From contig JAUYNJ010000004.1 of the NCBI GenBank assembly GCA_030696105.1, positions 77,872 through 141,871 of the forward strand: 64,000 nt of DNA, in the 5' to 3' direction. Positions 19,337 through 28,966 of the stretch are shown piece by piece; within the stretch, counting starts at the first letter, position 1, and the number at the start of each line of letters is the position of its first letter. The stretch is from a bacterium (GTDB lineage Bacteria; Patescibacteriota; Patescibacteriia; Patescibacteriales; UBA12465). Below the pieces are notes generated by a model that saw only the letters and a list, made by a program, of their open reading frames with translations, made no database searches and had not been told where the DNA came from. The position numbers and the translations under genes were made by a program.

Positions 19337-19687
19337 ATGTTTCTGCATATTATTACTCAATCTGATTGGTGGATTCATCTCCTAGCAAGTCTATTACTCT
19401 GGGGGGTTTTGTATATTGTTGAAGGAAAAATTTTAGGACGGTCTTTTGGGACTTGGGCGGTTTTAGGGCAATTGCTCGCTGCTAACTTAATTGATCTTGA
19501 TCATTTATTTTCCTGGCCGATTTATCAAGCTGGGCGCTGTAGTCTGAATAATCACTTTCTTCACTCTACTTATTTATTACCAGTTTATGCCATGGGTCTA
19601 CTGACTCGTTTTCGTTATTTTTTCTTGGGAATTATAGTTCACTTTTTAATTGATTATTTGGGTTGTCTTAATTTTTGGTGGTTATAA
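19337..19687 (+). CDS. small membrane protein, possibly YdjM/DUF457-like metal-dependent hydrolase
   Basis: 116 aa with 3-4 TM segments. His/Asp motifs LIDLDHLF and HFLIDYL. Confidence 0.45.
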   Translation: MFLHIITQSDWWIHLLASLLLWGVLYIVEGKILGRSFGTWAVLGQLLAANLIDLDHLFSWPIYQAGRCSLNNHFLHSTYLLPVYAMGLLTRFRYFFLGIIVHFLIDYLGCLNFWWL

Positions 19688-19763
19688 TTATTTTCCTCCG
19701 AAGTATTCTTGTATATTTGTATTTTATTATTTGCTCGTGGCCACGGACGATGTTAGAACTAAT

Positions 19764-20105
19764 TTACAAAAATTTAGCCCATTGATTTAAAACTTGATAA
19801 ATTTCATAAAAGTGTTCTTCTACTCTGAAAGTATGAGGAGCATTTTTAATAACATGCATTTCCTTTTTACCTGGCAACAGATCGAATAATATTTGTTGAT
19901 GTTTAGGAGGCGTTGACGTATCTAATTCTCCAACAATTAAGATTGTGGGCATTATTAATTTATCAACCTTTTTTAACAAATCATATTTTAACCTATCTTC
20001 CATTTCTTGCCATTTGATAGTTTTTTTAATACCACTACTATAACCCATAGTAGTTCGCCAACCAGTTTTTTTCCAGTCTTCTAGCTCTTCTTTAGTATAT
20101 GTAGT
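19764..20105 (-). pseudogene. C-terminal remnant of an alpha/beta-hydrolase
   Basis: PTILIVGELDTSTPP...NAPHTF looks like the Asp/His end of the fold. The frame stays open upstream only to a TGA at 20106-20108, so the nucleophile-containing N-terminal half is absent. Confidence 0.45.
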
Positions 20106-20166
20106 TCACCGAAATACCAATTAAAAAGCCCTTACAATGGCAAGGGCTAGAGAGAGGCTTACGATT

Positions 20167-20895
20167 CTATATTTGCGCAAGGTTTTCTGAAAGTTGTTTA
20201 ATCTTGAGATTGTCTGCAATCTCTTCATTTAACTTCTTTCTTTTGTACTTAACATACTCTTGCACATATTTCTCGCTCCAGGTCTCTTTGTCTACTGAAA
20301 TTGGGGCATAGAAATTTAGCTTAATATAAGTATGTTCTTCATTCTTACCTTCAGGATACACCTCCGGGAATACAATGGTAGCGTCGATGGTCTTTGTAAC
20401 CAAAGAATAAGCTCCTGTAGTCGAAGTGAGTATTTCTAGCACAATGTGAAGTAACGACCAGAAAATCGTTATCAGCACTAAAGTGTGGTTGAAGAGAACC
20501 CCGGAGAATGTTTCCCACATTCCTAGTATCCAAACCAGGCAGATAACAAGACCTCTAAATAGTGATAAATCTGTGCCATTATCTTCTTTTTCGGTCTCAG
20601 GATCTGCGGACTCAATGTCCATGTTGATATCTGCCCCGTACTTGGTCGGGTAGTAAACGGCACCAAAATAGAAATGAGCCGCGTAAACACAGGCGGTCAT
20701 TAGGAACGCGAAGCCTGGTGAGGGCCACAACTCCCTATTAATTAATGCCACCAGAGATCGGCCATTGCTGGCATACTCATTTGGATGAAGCAGCCAGAAG
20801 TAAACCCAGACGAAAATGAATGCTAAGGATATAACCAGGTATATCACTGAATAATTTTGCCTGCGATTAAGCTTGGCTGAATGTTCTTTGTCCAT
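20167..20895 (-). CDS. hypothetical polytopic membrane protein (island orphan)
   Basis: Start set at MDKEHSAK. About 5 TM segments. Module copy A lies upstream. Confidence 0.6.
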   Translation of the reverse strand: MDKEHSAKLNRRQNYSVIYLVISLAFIFVWVYFWLLHPNEYASNGRSLVALINRELWPSPGFAFLMTACVYAAHFYFGAVYYPTKYGADINMDIESADPETEKEDNGTDLSLFRGLVICLVWILGMWETFSGVLFNHTLVLITIFWSLLHIVLEILTSTTGAYSLVTKTIDATIVFPEVYPEGKNEEHTYIKLNFYAPISVDKETWSEKYVQEYVKYKRKKLNEEIADNLKIKQLSENLAQI

Positions 20896-21016
20896 CTTTG
20901 TTTTTTTTGTTTGCTGTTTTTTTGAAAAATTGGATTGATTGCTAAACCTACCTATTAGTAGACTTGGCAATCAATCCAAGAAACAGTACTTGTAAATGAA
21001 CAACAACCATCATTTG

Positions 21017-21150
21017 TATCATAGTATAAGCATTTTGTCAAGCTATTTGAGGGTCCATTCAAACTCGAAGTGCAACGCCCGGTGAAGGATCTAAACCTTA
21101 ACGACGGTATACAAAAAGACCCAATATATATGGGCCTTTTATCTTGGCTC
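21017..21150 (-). repeat. terminator-hairpin-box-promoter module, copy A
   Basis: About 75% identical by eye to 22506-22639 over about 135 bp. It contains a terminator (21118-21136), a hairpin (21084-21100), the box (21055-21076) and a TTGACA element. Confidence 0.7.
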
Positions 21151-21246
21151 TGCGGATTATGTTTACCGAACATTATAATATACCCCATTATTAGAATTAG
21201 CTTAATTAAATCAAAAGGATTGCTGCTTTGAGCAATCCGGTCTTTT

Positions 21247-21435
21247 TTACTTCTTAAGGAGTTGATTTTTTTGTTTAAGCACCCCAGCTATTACACCATC
21301 CGGATCGTCTCCTTTAAGGCCAGCTAACCTTCTTCTGTATCTTAATGCTCTAACGATGGCAACGTGGTTTTGGGGAATATTAGAGTTATTATGCGCTAAA
21401 TTTATTACTTCAGAATAGTTTATCACCAATCTCAT
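21247..21435 (-). CDS. small hypothetical protein, truncated paralog of the 21494-21760 product
   Basis: Shares IPQNHVAIVRALRYRRRLAGL with IPKNHDAIIRAINKKRKELGL in the neighbouring gene. Confidence 0.4.
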   Translation of the reverse strand: MRLVINYSEVINLAHNNSNIPQNHVAIVRALRYRRRLAGLKGDDPDGVIAGVLKQKNQLLKK

Positions 21436-21493
21436 TCGCTATTGTTTTTGAAAAAAGGGAAATCTTTGTGACTTCCCTATAATATTGTCATTT

Positions 21494-21760
21494 CTAAATT
21501 TCATCTTTGCAAGGATTCTCGTATTTTTCCTTTGCCATTTCTTTCTGTGTACGCAAGTGATTGATAACACTAACAGCCCGGGACAGTCCCAGCTCTTTTC
21601 TTTTTTTGTTAATTGCTCTAATAATAGCATCGTGATTTTTTGGTATTATCGTAATCCCAACTAAGGCAAACAATGTCGGGAAATCACACTCAGATGAACC
21701 GTTAATTGCCTCCACTATTGTTTCGTGAAATGGCCGAATTTCTGTTACATTTTTTTTCAT
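21494..21760 (-). CDS. small hypothetical protein
   Basis: 88-aa ORF. Its promoter and 5' UTR are nearly identical to those of the 22042-22455 gene. Confidence 0.55.
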   Translation of the reverse strand: MKKNVTEIRPFHETIVEAINGSSECDFPTLFALVGITIIPKNHDAIIRAINKKRKELGLSRAVSVINHLRTQKEMAKEKYENPCKDEI

Positions 21761-22041
21761 CTCTATTTAATTTTAAAAGTTCAACAATACAATTTTAACT
21801 ATCAAAAAAGCATACCATACAGCATACTTTTTGTCAAGCTCCCCGAACTGAAGCTTATTAGAACCTGTTTGGTGAATAATTAATATATCTAACCTACCAA
21901 CCAACTCGCTATTTATTTAATAATAAAAAGCCCCAACAATAACATTTAAAGTTACCGCTGGGGTTAAAACAAATTTTATTACAACTTCTGAATAAAAAAA
22001 CACCAATGAAATTTGGTGCTGACTGGCATTAAAGCCTCTTT

Positions 22042-22455
22042 CTATTCAAAAAGTTCTTTTAAATCATCCGGATAGAAGGAAACGGAAAGTTTTCTCTGAA
22101 CACCTACAAGCTTCCATAGACAATATATTTTTGTAATATCATCCATTGTTTGATTGTGAATCCTCTTTCTCTCCTTAACAAAGAAATCAGCAATACCTCT
22201 ACCACCCTCTCCGAATGTTTTTACTTCAATTTCCGGATCTATAATTTTCTGTTCAAATATTTCTTCGAAATATTTTTTAAAAATTACCTCACCTGCATTT
22301 AAATATATGCTATAGGCAAGACAAATTTCGTTATAGATTTGGAAAAAGTCTTTTTCGGATGCTTTATTTAGAATTTGCTCGATACTCCCCTCCCATCTCC
22401 AGGGATTATTCACAGTTAAATAACCCAATTTCCTTATGTCTTCTAATTTTTCCAT
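22042..22455 (-). CDS. hypothetical protein (island orphan)
   Basis: 137-aa ORF with a TTGACA-17-TATATT promoter inside module copy B and a strong terminator at 21992-22019. Confidence 0.6.
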   Translation of the reverse strand: MEKLEDIRKLGYLTVNNPWRWEGSIEQILNKASEKDFFQIYNEICLAYSIYLNAGEVIFKKYFEEIFEQKIIDPEIEVKTFGEGGRGIADFFVKERKRIHNQTMDDITKIYCLWKLVGVQRKLSVSFYPDDLKELFE

Positions 22456-22505
22456 TGTTTTCTTTTTTCAATGTTCAACAATAATTTAACTAATCAAAAA
22501 AATAT

Positions 22506-22639
22506 ATCATAAGATATACTTTTTGTCAATCTCCACGAGGGCACATTCAACCTAGAAGTGCAACACCATCATGAGGCTCTAACCCTCATCGAGGGTATAC
22601 AAAAAGACCCAATAAATGGGCCTTATGTCTTGGCTCCCA
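22506..22639 (-). repeat. terminator-hairpin-box-promoter module, copy B (abuts the tRNA-Asn 3' end)
   Basis: Aligns with 21017-21150. It contains a terminator (22606-22622), a hairpin (22571-22589), the box (22542-22564) and a -35 element (22524-22529). Confidence 0.7.
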
Positions 22640-22705
22640 GGGTGGGATTCGAACCCACGACCAATTGGTTAACAGCCAACTGCGCTACCGCTGCGCTACC
22701 TGGGA
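22631..22705 (-). tRNA. tRNA-Asn (GUU), CCA encoded
   Basis: Manual cloverleaf: acceptor stem TCCCAGG/CCTGGGA, D arm GCGC-AGCGGTA-GCGC, anticodon arm GTTGG-CTGTTAA-CCAAT, T arm GTGGG-TTCGAAT-CCCAC, then G-CCA. Confidence 0.93.
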
Positions 22706-22718
22706 ATATTAAATTTTA

Positions 22719-22737
22719 CTAACTGCGCTACCTCCCC
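22719..22737 (-). other. tRNA 5'-fragment-like remnant upstream of tRNA-Asn
   Basis: The minus strand reads GGGGAGGTAGCGCAGTTAG, which looks like an acceptor strand, TA, and a D stem/loop. The 12 nt AACTGCGCTACC (plus strand) also occur inside tRNA-Asn at 22678-22689. Confidence 0.35.
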
Positions 22738-22945
22738 TCCGCCTACTGGCGGACGGCGGAGAATATTCAATTGTAATTTTGAAAAGGCGTGTCCTTTCCA
22801 AAAAAATAAAATATTTCATTGAAATATTTACTAATATCATATCAGATTAGTGCGTTATGTCAACCCTGAGAAAAAGTGGTCAAAACAGGAAAAAAGAGCC
22901 TATTACAGCTCTTTTTTTGCTAATAGATAATAAAGTAATTGTACC

Positions 22946-23314
22946 CTATACGCCATTCCTCCGAGCATTCTTTCGAGCAGACAGACTTAGATATAGGCCA
23001 GGAATTTGCTGTGGAGCCAGGAATTCAGTATAGCCGACATTACCTAGAGCCATCAACTCAGTAAACTCCGGAATAGCCCATAGGACCTCTTCCGGCTCTG
23101 CGACCAAGAGAACAATGACTTTTCTTGGATCCTCCGCGAAATCACGGGCAATTTTTAAGCCAATTCTGTCGGTAAATAGTTGTCCATCGTTTTCAATGGT
23201 ATTTACATCAACAATGACTAGGTTTTCATAATTCAATGACGCGGACCCCACACGGTTTTCAAGAAACATCGAAATGTTTTTGCCGTATTTACCACCGATA
23301 ATTTTTGCTTTCAT
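22946..23314 (-). CDS. hypothetical protein
   Basis: 122-aa ORF with a TTGACC-17-TATAAT promoter and a terminator at 22889-22919. Confidence 0.55.
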   Translation of the reverse strand: MKAKIIGGKYGKNISMFLENRVGSASLNYENLVIVDVNTIENDGQLFTDRIGLKIARDFAEDPRKVIVLLVAEPEEVLWAIPEFTELMALGNVGYTEFLAPQQIPGLYLSLSARKNARRNGV

Positions 23315-23425
23315 ATTTTTTCCCCTTTTTTAAAATGAACGGATGAGAAATTATAGCATTTTTTTTGCCGCGGGTCAATGCTGAATATAAAAAAACGGAG
23401 CCATTTGGCCCCGTTTTCGCTTATT

Positions 23426-24751
<1,326 letters not shown>

Positions 24752-24759
24752 AGTTATAT

Positions 24760-26562
24760 TTAAAGACTCTGCAGCGCATTGAGCTGCTCGGTCAAGTTTT
24801 TCATTTCTGTCATCAGGATATCCATCCCCTCGTCGCCACTCGCCTCTGAAGATGCAATCTTATCCTGTAAAAGTTTAATACGCCGCTTCAGAGAGAATTT
24901 TTTCATTTCAACGAGAATTTTAGTAACTTCGGACTTTATCTGATTATCATCGTAATTATAGTAGTCTTTCTCTCCCAATAAGGCTAGCCTGTCAATCATT
25001 GAGACGGTCCCATCGGCCTGTTCTTGCAAATATAAACGAAAAGCATCATAGTCAAGATGGGCAAACTTATTATAATAGATAATCAGGTTTCTGTAAAACT
25101 TCTGCCTGCTCTCTTCTTCAAGGTCTTCGGGCTCTAGATGCGAGGATGCGTAGTGAATAAAGTCAGGAGACTTGAGTAAAAGGGCGAGTAAAATCTCAAC
25201 CAATCTATCCTCACGACTCAAACTTTCAACCGGCAACTCCTTTGGCTCGGCTTTCACTGCCTGTCTGATGGGCGCCTTATCCGTCTTCGTCGGGATGACA
25301 CTCTCACGCAAAGCCTGCTCATTTATACCGACACTTTCCGCTAAACGCTGAAACCAATAGTCCTGATCAATTTTATTTGCGAGCTTGGAAATCATGGCAA
25401 GCATTAACTTTGACACTTCTTTCTTGTCACTTAACTTGCGCAAATCTTTATCCGCCTTTACTTTGGCAAAATAATACTCCATCATCGGCTGCGAATTCAT
25501 TAAGGCTTGTTTGAAATCCTCCGGGTTCGCACGCAAGCAATCATCGGGGTCCTTATACTGTTTTGGTAAGACGATTATTTTAATATTTATATCTAACGCC
25601 ATCGCTTCGTGTATACCTCTGTCCGCGGCTAGTTGTCCAGCCTGATCCATATCAAACGAAAGAGCAATATTATTACTAAAGCGCTTAATTAGTCGCAACT
25701 GTTCGGCGGTGAGAGCGGTTCCTGATGAAGCAACGGTATTAGTGAAGCCGTGTTGATGGCAAGCAATAGCGTCCATTTGTCCTTCAACGACAATAGCGAA
25801 GTCTCTTTCCTTAATTGCCTTCTTCGAGCGATCAAGAGCAAACAAAACCCGACTTTTGTCATAGGCTTCGGTTTGTGGACTGTTAATGTATTTTCCGCCC
25901 GGCGTGGTCTCGGCCTTATCAGGATTAATACGGGCAGTGAAAGCAATTACAGCACCGTTTGCATCGCGAATAGGAAAGACGATGCGATCACGAAAACGAT
26001 CATAGACGCTTCCCCTCTCTCCGCGACCAGCGAGGCCAGCGGCAAATATTTCATCTTCTTTAAAACCCTTGGCTTTCAAGGCGGTGGTTAAGGCGCCCCA
26101 ACTTTCGGGGCCATAGCCAACCTGCCAGTCTTTAATTGTCTTTTCACTTAAGCCGCGCTTAAGCAAATACGCCTTCATTTTCTTGCCGTTTTCTTCGCTC
26201 TCTAACCAAGACTGATATTGTTCACTCGCCGCTTGCAGGCAATCAAGTATACGCGCGCGACGGGAATACTCTTCCTTATTTTCTTGTTTTAAAACCACAC
26301 CCGCTTTCGGGGCGAGCAGGCGCAAGGTGTCTGGAAAACTAAGGCCTTCCATCTCTTGCACAAAAGAAAGCACGTCGCCCCCTTTGCCACAACCAAAACA
26401 GTGCCAAATCTGCTTATCCGGAGATATCACAAAAGACGGGGACTTTTCCCGATGAAAAGGACAGAGTGCTTGAAAATTAGCACCAGCGGCCTTGACCTGA
26501 ATATATTCGCGGAGCACTTCCACGATATCCAGTTTTGATTTTATCTCTTCGGCAGAAGACAT
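24760..26562 (-). CDS. dnaG: DNA primase
   Basis: Zinc finger [11 protein letters not shown]...CFGCGKGGD, plus a TOPRIM region (VVEGQMD). Confidence 0.95.
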   Translation of the reverse strand: MSSAEEIKSKLDIVEVLREYIQVKAAGANFQALCPFHREKSPSFVISPDKQIWHCFGCGKGGDVLSFVQEMEGLSFPDTLRLLAPKAGVVLKQENKEEYSRRARILDCLQAASEQYQSWLESEENGKKMKAYLLKRGLSEKTIKDWQVGYGPESWGALTTALKAKGFKEDEIFAAGLAGRGERGSVYDRFRDRIVFPIRDANGAVIAFTARINPDKAETTPGGKYINSPQTEAYDKSRVLFALDRSKKAIKERDFAIVVEGQMDAIACHQHGFTNTVASSGTALTAEQLRLIKRFSNNIALSFDMDQAGQLAADRGIHEAMALDINIKIIVLPKQYKDPDDCLRANPEDFKQALMNSQPMMEYYFAKVKADKDLRKLSDKKEVSKLMLAMISKLANKIDQDYWFQRLAESVGINEQALRESVIPTKTDKAPIRQAVKAEPKELPVESLSREDRLVEILLALLLKSPDFIHYASSHLEPEDLEEESRQKFYRNLIIYYNKFAHLDYDAFRLYLQEQADGTVSMIDRLALLGEKDYYNYDDNQIKSEVTKILVEMKKFSLKRRIKLLQDKIASSEASGDEGMDILMTEMKNLTEQLNALQSL

Positions 26563-26565
26563 AAT

Positions 26566-27036
26566 TTATGAAAATAATTTTTGCCACCAAGATTTTTCCT
26601 GATGTGGCGCTCGCTCCCCTAACTTGTGTGGTTGCAAAGTATGCAGTACATCTTGCTCGGTGTTCACGCTCGCTGGTGCAGGCGCGGATGTGCGCCCTGT
26701 TGACGCCCCAGTGCTCACTGTTGATGCTGGCTGTAAATATGATTGCAGGCGTGCCACTTCGCCTTCAACCAGCTCGCCTTCATACTCACCACTGTGACGA
26801 GATTGTCCTTCGTAGCTCGCTTTTTTTTGATCAAGGTGAAGATTGAAAAATAATTCATCAGTTCCCGATATTTCCTGCACGTAGAGATGAAAGCGCGGAT
26901 AAAAATCACCACCGAGGCGACGAACAAAACTATCCTGTCCACTACTGCGGTCGGTGATAAAAGTATAGCCGACCCGTCGCAGCCATTGCGCTGCCGGTGC
27001 TCCTCCCATTTGATTTTTGTGCAATTTAAGTTTCAT
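26566..27036 (-). CDS. hypothetical protein
   Basis: 156-aa ORF between dnaG and the GtrA-like gene. No motif recognised. Confidence 0.55.
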   Translation of the reverse strand: MKLKLHKNQMGGAPAAQWLRRVGYTFITDRSSGQDSFVRRLGGDFYPRFHLYVQEISGTDELFFNLHLDQKKASYEGQSRHSGEYEGELVEGEVARLQSYLQPASTVSTGASTGRTSAPAPASVNTEQDVLHTLQPHKLGERAPHQEKSWWQKLFS

Positions 27037-27499
27037 TTGCAGTTTTACGAAATATAATAAAGCGATAGTTGAAATAATTAACGAACCCTAGGAACAAGTT
27101 AACAATTATTTGCGAGAGTAGATACCAGATGCCTAAATTATTGACGAGCATGTGCATGGCCCAACCGTTAACATACATCGCAATAAAAGCGGAACCAAAA
27201 TACATAAATAATTGTCGAGGCAAACGAGCCTGGGAATAGTTACGGAAAGTCCAGAGCTTTTGTAGGCCGAAGCTAACGGCAAAGCAACAAAGGAAAGCGG
27301 CAGAAGTCGCGACAACGATGTCCCATTTAAAAATACCGTGAAAGATATAAAGGGCAAACAAATCAACTGCCCCCGCCAAGCCACCAGAAAGGAAAAACTT
27401 AATAACTGATTTTCTGGCCTCGCAAAAATTAAACAAGCCCGGATGACACGTTAACAAAAAACGGCGAAAACGAATATATAATCTGTTTATAACTGGCAT
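27026..27499 (-). CDS. GtrA-family membrane protein
   Basis: 4 TM segments. The pattern FLLSGGLAGAVDL...FGLQKLWTFRN is typical of GtrA-like proteins. Confidence 0.7.
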   Translation of the reverse strand: MPVINRLYIRFRRFLLTCHPGLFNFCEARKSVIKFFLSGGLAGAVDLFALYIFHGIFKWDIVVATSAAFLCCFAVSFGLQKLWTFRNYSQARLPRQLFMYFGSAFIAMYVNGWAMHMLVNNLGIWYLLSQIIVNLFLGFVNYFNYRFIIFRKTANET

Positions 27500-27502
27500 A
27501 GG

Positions 27503-28411
27503 TTACCACTGACAATAATTAAAGGCCCAAGAGGCAAGGGTTCGAGCTTGCTGGAAGCGTTCATTCTTCCCGCCGCTATCAAGCACGACCACGATGACGC
27601 TGCGTCCACTAACATCACGGAAGCGACCGACAAAGCAATAGCCGGCGCTTTCAGTATAACCGGTCTTGCCGCCCACCGCCTGCATACCACTCACAGCATC
27701 AGTTTCAAGCAACCAATCGGTTGACTCGAGTTTCTTCGCCCTGCCCTCTTGCGTCACAAATTCATATGAGGGTTTGCCAACGGCAGCTGCGATATCAGGA
27801 GTATCAAGCGCCGCCTTGGCGAGACGAGCAACGTCTTTTGCGTTCGATAGATTATCGTTATTTAAACCGACCGGATCAGAGAAAGAGCTGTGCATTAAAC
27901 CGAGAGCTTTCGCTTTAATATTCATCGCAACGACGAACTCGGCATCACTTAAACCAGTAGAACGAGCGAGCGCAAGCGTAGCACCGTTATCGGAAGCAAC
28001 CAAACTAGAGTTAAATAAATCTTTAATGGTAACGGTATCGCCCGTAAAAAGATTTACCTTCCCGCCCTCAACTAAATCGTCGCGACTGATGGTATAGGTT
28101 TTCTCCCAACCAGGGTTCTTATCTAAAAATACTAAAGCGGTCATTAATTTTGTGATACTGGCGATTGGTTGTTGCCGGTCAGCGGACTTTTCCTCTAGCC
28201 AAACGTGCCCATCATCGGTTAACACGGCCACGCTTTTCGCATTAACGGTCGGCGCATCTTCAACTTGCAACTTATCCCCATTTTCAGGCAGACGTTCCGT
28301 CACACAAGCTTCAGTGCCGCGCCAAGGACCACTGGCATAGAATACCGCACTTTCAGCGGGCGTCCATATAGAAAGCAGAACGGCGATGATGTTAGCTAAC
28401 ACACTTAACAT
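27503..28411 (-). CDS. D-alanyl-D-alanine carboxypeptidase (S11 penicillin-binding protein)
   Basis: SITK (SxxK), SDN (SxN) and KTGYT (KTG) motifs in the correct order. Confidence 0.85.
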   Translation of the reverse strand: MLSVLANIIAVLLSIWTPAESAVFYASGPWRGTEACVTERLPENGDKLQVEDAPTVNAKSVAVLTDDGHVWLEEKSADRQQPIASITKLMTALVFLDKNPGWEKTYTISRDDLVEGGKVNLFTGDTVTIKDLFNSSLVASDNGATLALARSTGLSDAEFVVAMNIKAKALGLMHSSFSDPVGLNNDNLSNAKDVARLAKAALDTPDIAAAVGKPSYEFVTQEGRAKKLESTDWLLETDAVSGMQAVGGKTGYTESAGYCFVGRFRDVSGRSVIVVVLDSGGKNERFQQARTLASWAFNYCQW

Positions 28412-28956
28412 GATTTTTCCTCCTCCGCCAGCAGGACATCCAAAGTTTCCGGCTGATGCAGGCGCTCGTAATCTGGCAATTCATTGACGCTGCCAAGCCC
28501 TAAGAAACGAACAAAATCTAAAGTCACTTGATAATAGTTTTCATTCTTTTGCTTATCAAAAATTTCTTCAATTAAACCACGCAAAAGTAGATTGCGAATA
28601 ATGAGGCTGCAGTTAACACCGCGAATACGTTCAAGCTCAACTTTTGCAACTGGGCCGCGATAGGCAATGATGGTGAGAGCCTCAAGACTTGGCTGTGATA
28701 GTTCCCCGCTCGCCTCACTCTTTAAAAAATCTTTCACGAGACCGGAATGTTCACCAGCACTAACTAGCTGATAGTTATTTGCAGCAGCAACCAAACGGAA
28801 ACCGCGCTCAGAACTTTCGTAATCAGCAGCCAGCTCCTTTAAAGCCGACTCGGCCTCGGCCGTTTTTACGCCAGCAGCTACACTCAACTCTTTCAAACTC
28901 ACCGGCTTATTGGCGACGAGCAAGAGGGCTTCAAGTTGGGATGTTAATTGGGACAT
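28405..28956 (-). CDS. scpB: segregation and condensation protein B
   Basis: LEALLLVANKPVSLKEL and LSQPSLEALTIIAYRGPV..ELERIRGV motifs. Adjacent to scpA. Confidence 0.9.
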   Translation of the reverse strand: MSQLTSQLEALLLVANKPVSLKELSVAAGVKTAEAESALKELAADYESSERGFRLVAAANNYQLVSAGEHSGLVKDFLKSEASGELSQPSLEALTIIAYRGPVAKVELERIRGVNCSLIIRNLLLRGLIEEIFDKQKNENYYQVTLDFVRFLGLGSVNELPDYERLHQPETLDVLLAEEEKSC

Positions 28957-28966
28957 AGGTATGTAA

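Noticed and set aside
19688-19763. The palindrome CGTGGCCACG between convergent genes, considered as a possible recombination site.
   Set aside because: It is a single short palindrome with no repeat partner elsewhere in the window. It is most simply a weak bidirectional terminator stem.
21084-22589. The module hairpins look like anticodon arms with 7-nt loops. They read CUA on the plus strand (amber-suppressor-like) or UAG on the minus strand.
   Set aside because: On either strand the surrounding sequence gives no D arm, T arm or acceptor stem with correct spacing. I treat them as conserved hairpins, not tRNAs.
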